A model generated the notes under the pieces. The model was not told the DNA's origin, did no database searches, and worked only from the letters and a program-made list of their open reading frames with translations. 64,000 nt of DNA. Origin: Isurus oxyrinchus (lineage: Eukaryota). Positions within the stretch are counted from its first letter, which is position 1. Each line of letters begins with the position of its first letter. The position numbers and the translations under genes were made by a program. Where the stretch lies: the NCBI GenBank assembly GCA_026770705.1, contig JANJGN010000152.1:434001-498000 (forward strand), in the 5' to 3' direction. Below are positions 30,290 through 43,613 of this stretch, piece by piece.

Positions 30290-30800
30290 TCCTGCTGACA
30301 AAGGCAGGGATGACCGCGCATGCGCCCTGCTGCACAAGAGGGCAGTCGTTAATCCGGGCCTCTCACCGAGGAACGCGGATCGGTGCAACTGCCGCCCACA
30401 GACACCAGCGAGGAACCGGTAGCTTGTTATTCTGGCTTCACAACTGCTCAAGGTGTTTCCGAAGCCTGCATGTCCACCCGCCGGCTGCATTTCTCCCTCA
30501 ATTCCGCCCTTTATCTTACCGGCTGCGGACCGGACAAACCAGCAGCTTTCCTTCGCCCTCACTCACAATGCGCGTGTTCCAAACTCGAGGCGGAATTGCA
30601 CCTGCACACTGATGTCCAGCTCCAGCAGCCACAATGCGCATGCTCCTATCACAATGCCTGGGTGATTGACGGCAGGTCTGAACCAATAGGAAGAGGTAAC
30701 AGTTCTGCAGGACCAAAGGGGGAGCGGCTGGCCCTGCAGCCAATTGGAGTGAAGGAGGGGCGGGGCTGAACCAGGGTCTCCCTCATTGGCTGAAACTCTG
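30290..30800. promoter_or_regulatory. CpG-rich putative promoter of ZNF gene D
   Basis: GCGCATGCGC at 30316, TGCGCATGC at 30635, three CCAAT/ATTGG boxes, and a GGGCGGGG box near 30757. Confidence 0.6.
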
Positions 30801-33699
30801 CATCATTTTGGAAGATGATTTGCCTCAAACGCAAGGAGAAAACTGGACCTTTCTGTTTGTGGCTTTAAACAGATGAAACCCTGTGGGTGTGGAGCAAATA
30901 TTTCAACATTTGTTACTGAAATGTGGAAACATGGTGAAACAAGGCACAAAATTAAAGGAATAACTCCGCAGACAGGGAATTCACCATTAGAACAAGGGGA
31001 GTCCTTGGTTTCAATAAATGAACCGGCATGAGGGTTAGGACAGGTCAGGGATAAGTTTAATATTCAGAACAACACAGAATGTAAACAAAAACTGATCTCA
31101 AAGACAATTTGTTGTAATGTGTGTGGAGGGGATGTGCTGAACCTGGTTTAAAGAGGTTAAACATGTTTTCCATATTGCACAATCACAAACCTTCAAAGAT
31201 GAGACATGAAAGCCCTCAACATTAATCATGACAAGTGGGAAGCTAATTGATGATTGATGCATTTGGAAACACCAGCTGTGGGCAGGAGTTCACCACCACA
31301 GCAACATGTTATTTCAGAAACTCCAACACAGACAAACAAGGTGTCAGCAGAGATCGTCTCGCAACACGAGTAAGGAAAACTTTCATCCGAGGCACTTTCG
31401 CCTTTACAGAATCGGCTTGTTCAGCCATCATATGAAGTGCAGCAGATCATCTCATCTGATCTCACCAAAGTTCTGAGGTTGCATTACCATCATCTCTCAC
31501 AGATGGACAGATGCTAAACATATCTGACAATCACATTAAAATCTGAAAGTCGGATGGGGATAAGCATTGGTGTTAGGTGGGAAGGTCTGGATCAATGTCT
31601 TACTCCAGGAAGACTTAAAATCAGAATGACAGCATTTCAGAAATTATTCCTGTGATATCAGTGATCCCAGTCCTATCTGTTAGTAAGACTGATGGAAGTA
31701 TTTAGTGGAGACAGTAGCATGCTGGAGGATGATGTACACAAATGTTTTCTGAACTGAGGATAATAGTGAGGGGAAAGGAAGGGATCTTGAAAAAAAAAAC
31801 AGACTCTTCATGTTGTTACAAAGGACATGGGACCTTGCACTTGCTTTGACACAACACAAACACAAACCCACATGGATTCACTTCCTATTGATCAGGTGAA
31901 CCAGGTTATGCCTCACATCACCAACCCAACTACTGACTAAGACTGGCGATAAAGTATCAGTGTCTCTAAGGACCAAAAGGTTATAGAAATTCAAGTAAAC
32001 ATCACCCTCCAGGGACTCAAAGCAGTTTTGACTATTTAATTCCAGCACTTTCTCTGAACATTAATCTATACTGGACAACATCTTGAACAGACATAATGAC
32101 AAAAAGCTAAACCACCGATATTAGGTGGTCTATGGCCACTCTGGCGATCAGCCCTGGTGGGAGATTTTAGACAATACAGAACATCTTTGCATAATTGCAG
32201 CCTCTACTTTCCTATTGGTATTCTGGATAATTCCCCTTATATTGATGGTCTCGGTGAAGGTCAGGCCACAGAGCAGAATGGATGAAAAGATGGCTCCAAA
32301 CTCCCTCTAAATCTAACCCTCTGATTTCGGTTTTGTAGCCATCTTTCCATCCATCTGCTGCCTGGCCCTTCACTCCACACAGCATGATCTTGGTCACCTT
32401 GTGCACACTGTTATGGATAACAAGCGGGTTACAAAACAGAAAACAGAGGGAAGAGGTTAAGAGTAGCGACTCAGACTGGTAAAAGGTGGGAATTGATGTT
32501 CCACAGGGAGCAATGCTTGAACCACTGTTATTCATTTTTTTATAAACGATTTGGACTCAGAAATCAGAAATCCAATATTAAAATTTGGGAGCAGGATTAC
32601 AGTAAATCACTGATAAGAATTCCCAGTTAATAAAACTTTGTTGTACAGTTCATTAAATCTTTAATTCAGAGTGTACAATGACACGAGGAAGTGATGAACT
32701 GATTTATTTATGAATTAATTGTTTATCAAATTGGGAAGCACAGTTGAGGAAGCAAAGCTGAGGAAGACGGCAACAAAATCCTGGGATCTAACACACATAC
32801 ATCAATATAGCAGGGAATTCTTGGAAACATGGTGTAGGTCCTTCTTTATCTGGAGATCAAATGTCTGTTGTTTAATTGTCCCAGGAGTTTAAAGGATCCT
32901 GTGAATTCCTCCTTGTGTTATTTTAATGCAGACTTTACACTATTTACTTTTAGCTACGTTTTACTATGTTAAAGGTGCTATTTCAATACAAGTTGTTGTT
33001 GATATTGGCTAAAAGTAGTGGACTCAGGACTGTCACCAATAAACCTTAAAAACTTCACAGAATAATCACCACAGTCATTTTTAAACCGGAGACTTATTCC
33101 TGCATTTCAGTTTCAGTCAGAAACAGAGCACAGTTTTTACACCAATCTCTGATTTAACAGCACGTTTCCAGACTGCCTGACCCATGTTGTACAACCACAG
33201 TTGCAAAGGAGCCTTCTACTCGGTGCCTGGGAGCTTTGAAACCCAATGATTCCAAACAGAAATCAGAGTGTTAGATTTACAGGGAGTTTGTATTTCTCCA
33301 TCCATTCTTCTATGTGGCCTTGGACTCCACAGCCTGACTTGGGCATCTTTAGGCTGTATGTATTGCACAGAAGTGGTTGTGACACATTTCTCACACCCCT
33401 CAGGATTAATCCACATGTGGGTTTTGCTGTCAGTGAAGAAATATAAGAAAGACCAAAGTGTCATTTGTCGCTTTCAGTATGACCTTAAAGGATTGCATCC
33501 AGGCTGAAGTTCTGTTCCTGCCATATGATCCTCCCCCAGATTGTCCTTTCTGAGCTCCAGCCAGCTGATGTTAAACACTCAGGTACGAAAGACAAAATTA
33601 TACAACAATGTTTGAAAAGCAAAGTTTGACATGCTATGTGACATGTATCCAGAATATTAAACAGCAGCCCATTGATATGGTTTATCAACTTATATATGA

Positions 33700-35590
33700 A
33701 CATACGAATTAGGAGCAGGAGTAGGCCACTCGGCCCCTTGGGTTTGTTCCACCATTCAATAAGATCATGGCTGATCTGATTGTAATCTCAAGTACACATT
33801 CCTGCCGACCCCGATAACCTTTCACCCCTTGCTTATCAAGAATCTATCTACCTCTGCCTTAAATATATTCAACGATTCTGTCTCAACTGCCTTTTGAGGA
33901 AAAGAATTCCAAAGTCTCACAACCCTACGAGAGAAAAAATAATTTCTCATCTCTAACTTAAATGGGCGACCCCTTAAAGATTGGTCCCTAGTTAAAGATT
34001 CTCTCAGAAGAGAAAACATCCTTTCCACATCCACCTTGACAAGACCCCTCATGATTTTATGTGTATCAATCAAGTTGCCTCTTACCCTTCTAAACTCCAG
34101 CAGATACAAGCCTAGCCTGTCCAACCTTTCCTCATAAGACAACCCGCCCATTCCTGGTAATGATCAACTGAACCTTCGCTGAACTGCTTCCAATGCATTT
34201 ACATATTTCCTTAAATAATGAGACCAATGTTACACATTGTACTCCAGATGTGGGCTCACCAAGTGCCCTGCATAACTGAAGCATAACCTCCCTACTTTTA
34301 TAATCAATTTCCCTTGCAATGAACGATAACATTCTTTCAGCTTTGCTAATTACTTGTGGTACCTGCACACTAACCTTTTGTGATTCATGCACTAGGACAC
34401 CCAGATCCCTCTGAATGTCAGAGCTCTGCAATCTCATTCAAATATGCTTTTTTATTCGTCCTGCCAACATGGACAACGTCACATTTTCCCACATTATACT
34501 CCATTTGACAGATCTTTGCCCACTCACCTAACCTATTTGTATCCTTTTGTAGCCTCCTTGTGTCCTCTTCACAATTTATTTTCCTACCTGTGTGTCAATA
34601 GCAAATTTAGCAACCATACCATTGGTTCCTTCATCCAAGTCATTTATATGAACTATAAAGAGTTGAGATCCCAGCACTGTTCCTTGTGGCACACTAATCA
34701 TCACATTCTGCTAATCAGAAAAATACTCATTTATGCCCACTCTCTGTTTCCTGTTAGCTAGCTAATCTTCGAATCATGTCAATATGTTACCCCCTACACC
34801 ATGAGATTTTATTTTCCACAACAAGCTTTAATGTGATATCTTATCAAAAGCCCTCTGGAAATATAGGTACAGTGCATCCACCAGTTCTCCTTGATCCACT
34901 GCACCTATTACTCCTTCAAATAACCCCAATAAATTGGTTAAGCATGATTTCCCTCTCACAAAACCTTGTTGACTCTTCCTGATTACCTTGAATTTATCTA
35001 AGTGCCCTGTTATAACACTTGTAACATTTTTCCTATGATAGATATTAAGCTAACTGGCCTATACTTTCCTGCTCTCTGTCTCCCGCCCTTTTCTATTTTT
35101 CTGTCTGATAAGACCTTCCCCGAATCTAGCGAACTTTGGAAAAGTAAAACCAATGCATCAACTATCTCACTAGTCACTTCTTTTAAGACCAGAGGATGAA
35201 ATCCATCAGGACAGGGGGACTTATCAGCCCACAACTCCAACAATTTGCTCAGTACCACTTCCATAGTGATTGTAATTTTCTTGAGCTCCTCCCCACTTTC
35301 AAATCTTGATTTACAGCCATTCTTGGCATATTACTTGTATCCTCTATAGTGAAGACAATGCAAAATACCTCTACAATTCATCTGCCATTATTAACTCCCC
35401 AGACTCACTTTCTATAGGAGCAACCCTCACTTTGTTAACTCTTTTCATTTTAAAATATCAATATTTACTCTTACTATCTGTCTTTATATTTCTAACTAAC
35501 TTTCTCTCGTTCTCGACCTTTTCCTTCTTTAATCTTTCAGTTATTGATCTCTTTTTTTAAATTCTGTCCAGTCTTCTGAGCTGCCACCCA
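33700..35590 (-). mobile_element. CR1-type LINE, RT and 3' end
   Basis: ORFs 35010..35264 (DKSPCPDGFHPLVLKE...YRPVSL), 34132..34437 (QRDLGVLV) and 33822..34151 (LSYEERLDRLGL). Confidence 0.88.
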
Positions 35591-35698
35591 TCTTTCCACA
35601 ATTATATTTCAGCAGAAACAAACTCCAGCTGTCAAAATGAAAGAATTCAATCCTGAACAGGATTAACAGCAACAGTAACCAGATTTCAATCCCCATAG

Positions 35699-36484
35699 TC
35701 ACTTATGAACTCGCTGGTGTGTAATCAGATCCTTTTCACTTTTAAAGGTCTTCTCACAGTCAGAACATTTAAAAGGTCTCTGATCAGTATGAACAAGTTG
35801 ATGTGTCAGAAGGTGGGATGACCGAATGAATCCTTTTCCACACATGGAACATGTGAATGGCCTCTCGCCAGTGTGAACTCGCTGATGTGTCAACAGGTCA
35901 GATGAATTGGTATATCCCTTCCTGCACATGGAGCAGGTGAATGGCCTCTCCCCAGTGTGAATTCGCTGGTGTGTCAGTAGTTTGGATGGCCGATTAAATC
36001 CCTTCCCAAAGATAAAGCAGGTGTATGGACTTTCCCCAGTGTGAATTCTCTGGTGCGTCAGAAGCCTGGATAATCGGTTAAATCCCTCTCCACACAAGCA
36101 ATAGATGAATGGACTCTCCCTTGTGTGAATGCGCTGGTGTGTCAGCAGGTAGGATGACTGAGTGAATCCCTTCCCACACACAGAGCAGGTGAACGGCCTC
36201 TCTAAACTGTGAGTTTGCTGGTGCCTCAGAAAGTTTGATGAATGAATGATTGCCTTCCCACACACGGAGCAGATGACTGAACTCTGCTCAGTGTGAATGT
36301 GCTCGTGTCTCAGAAGGTTGGATGAATGAGTGAATCCCTTCCCACACACGGAGCAGGTGAATGGCCTCTCCCCATTGTGGCTGCGTTGATGAATTTCCAG
36401 CTTTGATGGGGAACCAAATCCCTTCCCACAGTCCCCACATTTCCATGGTTTCACCATGGTGCTGGTGTCCTCGTGGCTATCCAT
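35699..36484 (-). CDS. C2H2 zinc-finger protein E (9 finger units, uninterrupted ORF)
   Basis: 261-aa ORF of tandem fingers. One unit lacks its second Cys (YTCFIFGKG). No KRAB/SCAN/BTB domain is visible. Confidence 0.82.
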   Translation of the reverse strand: MDSHEDTSTMVKPWKCGDCGKGFGSPSKLEIHQRSHNGERPFTCSVCGKGFTHSSNLLRHEHIHTEQSSVICSVCGKAIIHSSNFLRHQQTHSLERPFTCSVCGKGFTQSSYLLTHQRIHTRESPFIYCLCGEGFNRLSRLLTHQRIHTGESPYTCFIFGKGFNRPSKLLTHQRIHTGERPFTCSMCRKGYTNSSDLLTHQRVHTGERPFTCSMCGKGFIRSSHLLTHQLVHTDQRPFKCSDCEKTFKSEKDLITHQRVHK

Positions 36485-36859
36485 ATTGGGTGGTTAGTTC
36501 AAACCTCATCCACACAATTTGTCCTCGATGTGAATGCTGCAATGCTTTTTCAGGCTGTGCAATTGGTAAAACATTTCTCCTTCTATATTAAAGATTCAAT
36601 GATATCCAGCTCCAGATGTATTGAGTGAATCTGTCAGATTGTGACGTGATGTTTTCTTTGAGTTTCCTGTCAGCAAATCTTCCTGTTCAAGTATCCTGTA
36701 AAAGGAGTTTACTGAAGTCAGTAAGGGATAGAAATTCAGAACAGACAATTCCAGTTTCTTTCCTTTTTCTAATTTGTTCATGTGATGTGGGTGTCACTGG
36801 CAAGACCAGTATTTGATGCCCAGCTGGAATTGGGCATACCATCATTGGCAGAGTTATAG

Positions 36860-38720
36860 AATAAAAAAGTAAGGATATAATGTTGGAATTGTATAAAACA
36901 CTGGTGAGGCCACAGCTGGAGCGTTGTGTGCAGTTTTGGTCATCGCATTACAAGAAGGATGCAATAGCTCTGGAGAGAGTGCAGAGGAGGTTTACAAGAA
37001 TGTTGCCAGGGTTAGAAAAGTGTAGCTATGAGGAGAGATTGGAGAGGTTGGAGTTGCTTTCCTTAGAACAAAGAAGGCTGAGAGGTGACTTGATTGAAGT
37101 GTACAAAATTATGAGGGGAATAGATAGAGTGGACAGAATAAAATTGTTTCCCTTTGTGGAAACTTGTGGCACCAGGGGACATATATTCAACATAAGTGGC
37201 AGAAGATGTAGGGGGGACATGAGAAGAACTTTTTTACACAGAGGGTAGTGGGTGTCTGGAATTCACTGCCCAATATGGTGGTAGAGGCAGAAACTCTACA
37301 CTCTTTTCTGCAGGGCTATGGCACGGACGCAGGATGGTGGGATTAAAAAGGGCACCTGGGTGTCCTCGGGCTGACATGGACAAGGTGGGCCGAATGGCCT
37401 CCTTCTGTGCTGTCACTTTTCTATAGTTCTATGGTTCTAAATATACTCCATGAACAGGCCGCGGCCAAAGGCTGCAGGACACTGACAGGGGAGTTGCAGA
37501 AGGGTTGCTCAATATTAGTCAGGCACAGAAACTGCAGTAAAATACATTATGTAAATTGAAGTAAATAAACTTATGAAGGTCGGTTATATTACAGATGTGA
37601 ATTTAAATCATCTAATATAATTCCGCAAGTGTTCCTGACCTTTTCTTGTTGAGTGTTGTGTTTTGCTGTGATCTTTCAGGAATGGCTCCTTGACTCTCAA
37701 TGTAGCATGAATGGATTTAAACTGAATTGGATTTAAATTAAATTGGCAGGGTGTGGGGATCCTGAAACGTAGTTCAACGGGGAGAGAAGCTGAGATGGAA
37801 TTCGAAGTTAAAACGCTAGTAAGTGAGGCTGGAAGGCAGAGAAATCATAGGCTAGATAAGAAAGAAGAGAGTTTAGCAAGGTTAAATGGAATATATTTTA
37901 ATTCAGGGAGGCTGAGGAATAAGACAGACGAGCTCAGGGCACAGATAGGTACGTGGGAGTATGACATCATAGTTATGACCGAGAATTGGCTAAAAGAAGA
38001 GCAGGATCGGCAGCTCAACATTCCTGGTTATAGGGTGCTCATACGAGATCGAGAGGGGGTTAGAAGAGGATGCCGGGTCGCAGTGTTATTCAAGAAATCA
38101 ATTATAGCATTGAGGAGGGATAATATCCTGGAAGGAGCATCAAATGAGGCCATCTGGATAGAATTAAAAAAACACAAAAGGGGCAAACGTGCTGTTGGGT
38201 GTGTGCCATAGGCCCCCAAATAGTTAGGGAGCGATAGAGGATCAGATGTTTAATCAAATTTCAGAGCGGTGTAAGAATAATAAGGCAGCAAAACTGGGGG
38301 ATTTTAACGACCCAAATTTTAACTGGGAGAGTTTGGTGTGCATGTTAGGGAGGGAGCAAAATTCTTAAGTTGCATCCAGGAGAATATTTTTTTGCCAGTA
38401 TGTAAAAACCTAACAAGGAAAGGGGGCAGTTCTCGACCTAATGTTCGGAAATAAGCCCGGGCAGGCGGAAAGCTTATCTGAAGGGGAACATTTTGGGGAT
38501 ACTGACCGCAGCTCAATTCGATTTAGGATATATGTGGAAAAGTATAAGGTTGAGCCGGGAATAAAAGTTCTAAACTGAAGAAAGGCTAATTTTACAAAGA
38601 TGAAATACGATTTCGCCCAAGTGGACTGGAAGCAGCTCCGAGTCGGGAAAACTGTGTCAGAAGAATGGGAGACGTCCAAGGAGGGAATAGCGGGAGTACA
38701 GGGCAAATATGCTCCCGTAA
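36860..38720 (+). mobile_element. CR1-type LINE fragments (3' end at 36860-37440; endonuclease at 37750-38720)
   Basis: LYKTLVRPQLE..VQFWS..RRLRGDLIEVYK, and YFNSGRLRNK..MTENWL..EAIWIEL. Confidence 0.8.
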
Positions 38721-39362
38721 AGAGAACTTGGACTAGTCACAAAAAGACATATCTGCCGATGGTAAATTTCCTTCTCGAAGGCTTAACATTGGTGTGTAAA
38801 TGATTCCTTACAGCTGTTAGCACATTCGTTTGAAATACTTTAATGGCCCATGTAAATGTGCACCACCAAGTAATGTATTGCACTTTCCGGAGTTCATTTG
38901 TGAACTTTACAGATCTGCAAATCTATCAGATCACTTTACAGTACCCTTCGGTATCCGGAGGAAGGAAGTGGGACAGAGCTGCCTTGTGCCAGAGAGACAG
39001 GGTGAAGATTGAATAGAATGGGCTCTAGTCTCAGAGTTTCGGAGCATGAGAAGTGAATTGCATAGCCCTCCCTACTCCCATTTCTGATGTTCCTCAGGAG
39101 AAACCTCTAAAGGAGGGCGGGACAGGATTAGAGGGACTGATTACACAAGTCTGGCGATCACGAACCGGCTGCGGATTTTACATCCAGCCCGGTTTTCTTC
39201 ACTTGACACGTCAGTGAAGCAGGATACAAACTGGTGGCAGGTTGTTTAGAGCCGTTTTACACGGCTGTGCAAGATCAATTTCACCCCACATGTCAGGGAG
39301 AAAAACGTAGAGATAAAAATACACATTTTGACGAGTATCCCAAACTCAAACATGTGACTTTC

Positions 39363-40270
39363 CTAGTTTACTAACTTCAGAATTAGATTCACAAGATATT
39401 TTGCTGCATTTTTCAGCTCCTCTCTGAATTTTCTCTGGATCACTGCATAAATACACGTGTTGGTGCAGCAGCTCAGGAGTTGAAGCATGTTTCCGCTTTC
39501 TTGACGAATGAATTTGGGATCATTGAAATTGGAACCTGTAAAATAAGGTTCGTTTGTAATTTTCACATATAGGAAATTTACAACATACGTCATCCACAAC
39601 AAAATGAAGCTTGCCGAGATGGTAAAGAGTAAAACGATTGACTTTCTCCGGTTCTCGATCTCTGGATCACTCTGCTTCTCTCCACTGCTGTGAGCTCGGA
39701 GTCTCCTGCGGGCTCCACTGGCCACGATGATGTGCCTGACGGTCAGAGCATTGAACAACAGAATCAGAAGGAATGGCAGACCCGGATTTAAAATACGTGC
39801 AAACCAATCATAGGCTGTCCATGCGAATGAAGTGTAGAAGCTTGATTTTACATTACAAAACCACGGTACATTGTTCATTATATAGACTGGTTCATACATA
39901 AAGTACCAGGGAACACTTTTTAAACAGCTTAACAGACAGACAGTTCCTACAACCACAGCCGCCACTCTCTCGGTGCAATAATTTGTTTTCAGCTTTTGGA
40001 AGCAAATGGCAATGTATCGATCAAAGGTGAAAGCGACGGTTAACCAGACAGAACTCTCCGTGGCTGCGTAGATTAGCACAGTACTGAGAGTACAGGCTGG
40101 AGTCATGGACATAAAACTAACGGGAAAATAAATGCCAATGATCCGATTGAATATCACAGCGCTCACAACAACTAGGAGATCCGTCACTGCCATGGACACC
40201 AGGTACCGAGCGATGCATTTGGAGAGGCCACACCTTCCTCGGGATAGGATCACAATCGCCACCAAGTTAA
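39363..40270 (-). CDS. GPR139/GPR142-like class A GPCR, exon 2
   Basis: Acceptor ttctctcAG at 40272-40271. Reads VNLVAIVILSRGRCGLS, TM2 MAVTDL, FTFDRY, TM6 FILLW, TM7 CCTNTCIY, with an open frame to TAG. Confidence 0.9.
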
Positions 40271-42059
40271 CTGAGAGAAAAAACAAAATTAACATTGTAA
40301 TGTTCAAGCAGGGACGTGAATGTTATAGGCTTTTGATACTTCATCCTCGTTTATAGAAGACAACCAAATCAATGATTAATAGCTTTTCAATGTCATCTCT
40401 GTTTCAACATAAACAACACGGATACGCTGCATTTGTATCGCGCCTTTAACGTAAAAAAGTGGTCCAATCGCATGACAGGAGAGTGATACAGCAAAATTTG
40501 ACATCCAACCACATAAGGAGAAGTTTTGCCAAATGACGAAAAAGAATGAGAATGAGATAGATTTAAGGGATGATTTAAGGAAGAGAGTGCAGTAGAGAGG
40601 CGGAGTGTTTTAGGGAGTGAATTTAAGAGAGCTTAGGACATAACAGCTGTAGGCCTCGAGGTTACTTGTAGTATTTGGCACTCAACTTTTGGATGTTGCA
40701 TCATGTTACAGGGCATTTCCTCTAAACACAGTAGCCATATTAATTATTTTTCTGTTGTTGAAATGTACACTGTGACATCGTTTAAATTGGCTCGATAGGA
40801 TTCCACGGGAGGATATTTAGGAAGCAGGATGTGTCGGGTGTATGCAATTGGAGAAGAACCAAATGACTTATGTCTGAAACACTGCTAGTTTGAAGGCGAT
40901 ATGTCCACGTTTCCACAGTTCGCATTCTGCTGAAGTGTCATGTTTATTCCCCGACGATGAAAGGTGAAATAACTTTGTCTTATATTTTCAGGGATTTAGA
41001 AGAATGGGAGGTAATCACAAGTACTATTCTCAAGGGGCTTGACGGGATAGACATGCGGAGGGTTTTCCCGCTGGCTGGAAAATCTAAAGCCTCCGGGAAC
41101 AGCTTCGGGATAAGAGAGCGATCATTTCGGATGGAGAGCAGCAGAACGTTAGTGCATTTCTGGAATTCTATACCCAAAGGTCTGTGGATATTTCATTGTT
41201 GAGAAGATTTTAGACTTGGATAGACAGATTTCTGACGTCTCAGGGAATCAAATGATATGTGGACCCGGCGGAAAGCGGATAGAAGCCCAGGATCAGCCAT
41301 GATTTCATTTAAATGAGGAGCTGGCTCGGCGTGTTGCATGGTCTTCTGCTGCTTCTATCTCTGGTGTTCTTCTACACAAATCTGTCTGAGCTTCCGGAAA
41401 GACATAAATCATACCACAGCGAGAATGGAGCGCACATGGTGCCATATGCAAATCTGCAGCTGTAAGAGCACATGACCATGTATATATAGCTTGACAATGA
41501 TCACCTCCCAGGTCATCACACATCGTCCATCTGGATATGTAAACCAGATAACTTTCAGTAATTTTTTGGTACTCAGTGCTGAGCAGCCCCCTGGATTGGA
41601 TTATGTATCTCAGATCCCGGTAGCGATGCTACCTGTAAGTGTGGATGCATGACATACTTTAACATTCTAATGACATTAATTAAATCAACAAGTTGGATTA
41701 TTGCTGATGTCCAAGGTGATATAATTTGGATTAATAAAATAAAGATGAGGCGATTTTCATGAGTATCACTTGCCTCTAGAGGGCCTCAAAATAGGAGGGA
41801 TAATTTTCAGGCCCTGTGACACCAGTGAAGAGGAGGAGCTACAGTTCGAGGCCCAGAGCAACTCTTGTTTAAAATAATTAAACCGTTAGTCTGGACCCCC
41901 AGATGTAACCAGAATCATGTCCGTAGTTCTTTTCCCACATTTCACCCCCATTGGCCAAAAGGCAATTCAATACCCCAAGAGAGTCAAACCAAATATTGGC
42001 GCTGAAATTCTTCTTTGGGACAGTGCACAATGATTGAAGAAAACATCCGGCATGGTTTG

Positions 42060-42730
42060 AATTTTCTGGAAAAACTCAGTAGGTCTGGCAGCATCGGCGG
42101 AGGAGAAAAGAGTTGACGTTTCGAGTCCTCATGACCCTTCGACAGAACTTGATTTCGAGTCCAGGAAAGAGTTGAAATATAAGCTGGTTTAAGGTGTGTG
42201 GGGGGGGGGGGGGGGAAGGAGAGAGAGAGAGAGACAGAGGTGCTTGTGTAGACAAACAAGCAGTGATAGAAGCAGATCATCAAAAGATGTCAGTAACAAT
42301 GGTACCAAAGAACACATAGGTGTTAAAGTTAAAGTTGGTGATATTATCTAAACGAATGTGCTAATTAAGAATGGATGGTAGGGCACTCAAGGTACAGCTC
42401 TAGTGGGGGTGGGGGGAGCATAAAGGATTTTAAAATATTTAAAAATAATGGAAATAGGTGGGAAAAGAAAAATCTATAAAATTTATAGGGAAAAAAAAGG
42501 GGGAAAAAAGGGGGAAACAGAAAGGGGGTGGGGATGGGGGAGGGAGCTCACGACCTAAAGTTATTGAATTCAATATTCAGACCGGAAGGCTGTAAGGTGC
42601 CTAGTCGGAAGATGAGGTGTTGTTCCTCCAGTTTGCGTTGGGCTTCACTGGAACAATGCAGTAAGCCAAGGACAGACATGTGGGCAAGAGAGCAGGGTGA
42701 TTTCCAGCATCCGCAGTTTTCTTTGTTTTC
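42060..42730 (-). mobile_element. Penelope-like element 3' fragment (GIY-YIG C-terminus, terminal repeat, hammerhead-like motif)
   Basis: Minus strand 42700-42548 reads SPCSLAHMSVLGLLHCSSEAQRKLEEQHLIFRLGTLQPSGLNIEFNNFRS*. Hammerhead-like motif at 42111-42149, and an inverted terminal piece at 42700-42730. Confidence 0.8.
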
Positions 42731-43613
42731 AACTCATGGTTTGAATTTTGTTTGGAACCTCTCTCACTCTGAGCTACAGGAAAAACGAATTTTATTCCTA
42801 ACATTTGTCTTCACTCCCAGATGAATTCTGACGTTTGAGCGGCTGAAGTATAGAGCGTGCCGATCTGTGCCCTGTAACCGCAATGAATAGAAGATTACTA
42901 TAGTGGCTATGCACTGAACTATTAATTCAGTAGCCTTGGGCGAATGTTTCAGGGACATACAAACAAACGAATCAGGAGCAGAGACAGGCCATTCGGCCCA
43001 TCTAGCTTTCTTCACCATTCAGTAAGATCACGGTTGATCTCATTACGGCCTCAATGCCACATTGCCACCTGCCCCCGATATCGTTTGATTCCCATGGGGC
43101 AGCAACCGTTTTTGGGCCGGATCGAACTGAAGAATCTTTCTCATTTATATCAGTCTGGCAACCCCCAGAGCATCAAATGGATATCTCAATGCAGGTCACC
43201 GATTTTATGCCTCCCTAATATCGGGAACGTTTGGTTCTATGTGAATTTCCCATTCGCCACGTTTCATCTCGCACTGAGCGGAATGCAAATTTTGCAGCCT
43301 ATTGGTACATATCTAAGCGTTGCCTATCACTAAAACCTTATCATGCTCATTTAGAGCTACACATAATGACAGAAACATGGAACTTGCCCATTGTTCATAT
43401 ACGCTCAGGTAGCTTCTCAGGTCTGTTCCAGTGGCGCACAGCTCGGCAGAATGCCTGATTCTCAAGTTAACAGCAGTTTCGACTTACCTTCCAACTTTCT
43501 GGATGTAGGGTTAGCGCTCTAGCCCCTCCTACACCCAGGCCCTTTTTATTCATTCATTTACTCGATTTAGGCGACATTGGAGCAACAGCATTTATTGTCC
43601 ATCACGAATTGCC

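Noticed and set aside
29767-30612. 281-aa plus-strand ORF
   Set aside because: It is antisense to the 5' region and promoter of ZNF D, begins in a GT repeat, and has no recognisable domain.
40271-40307. ORF-track start MNITMLILFFLS for the GPCR
   Set aside because: This is intron polypyrimidine tract; the true N-terminus is exon 1 at 51147-51078.
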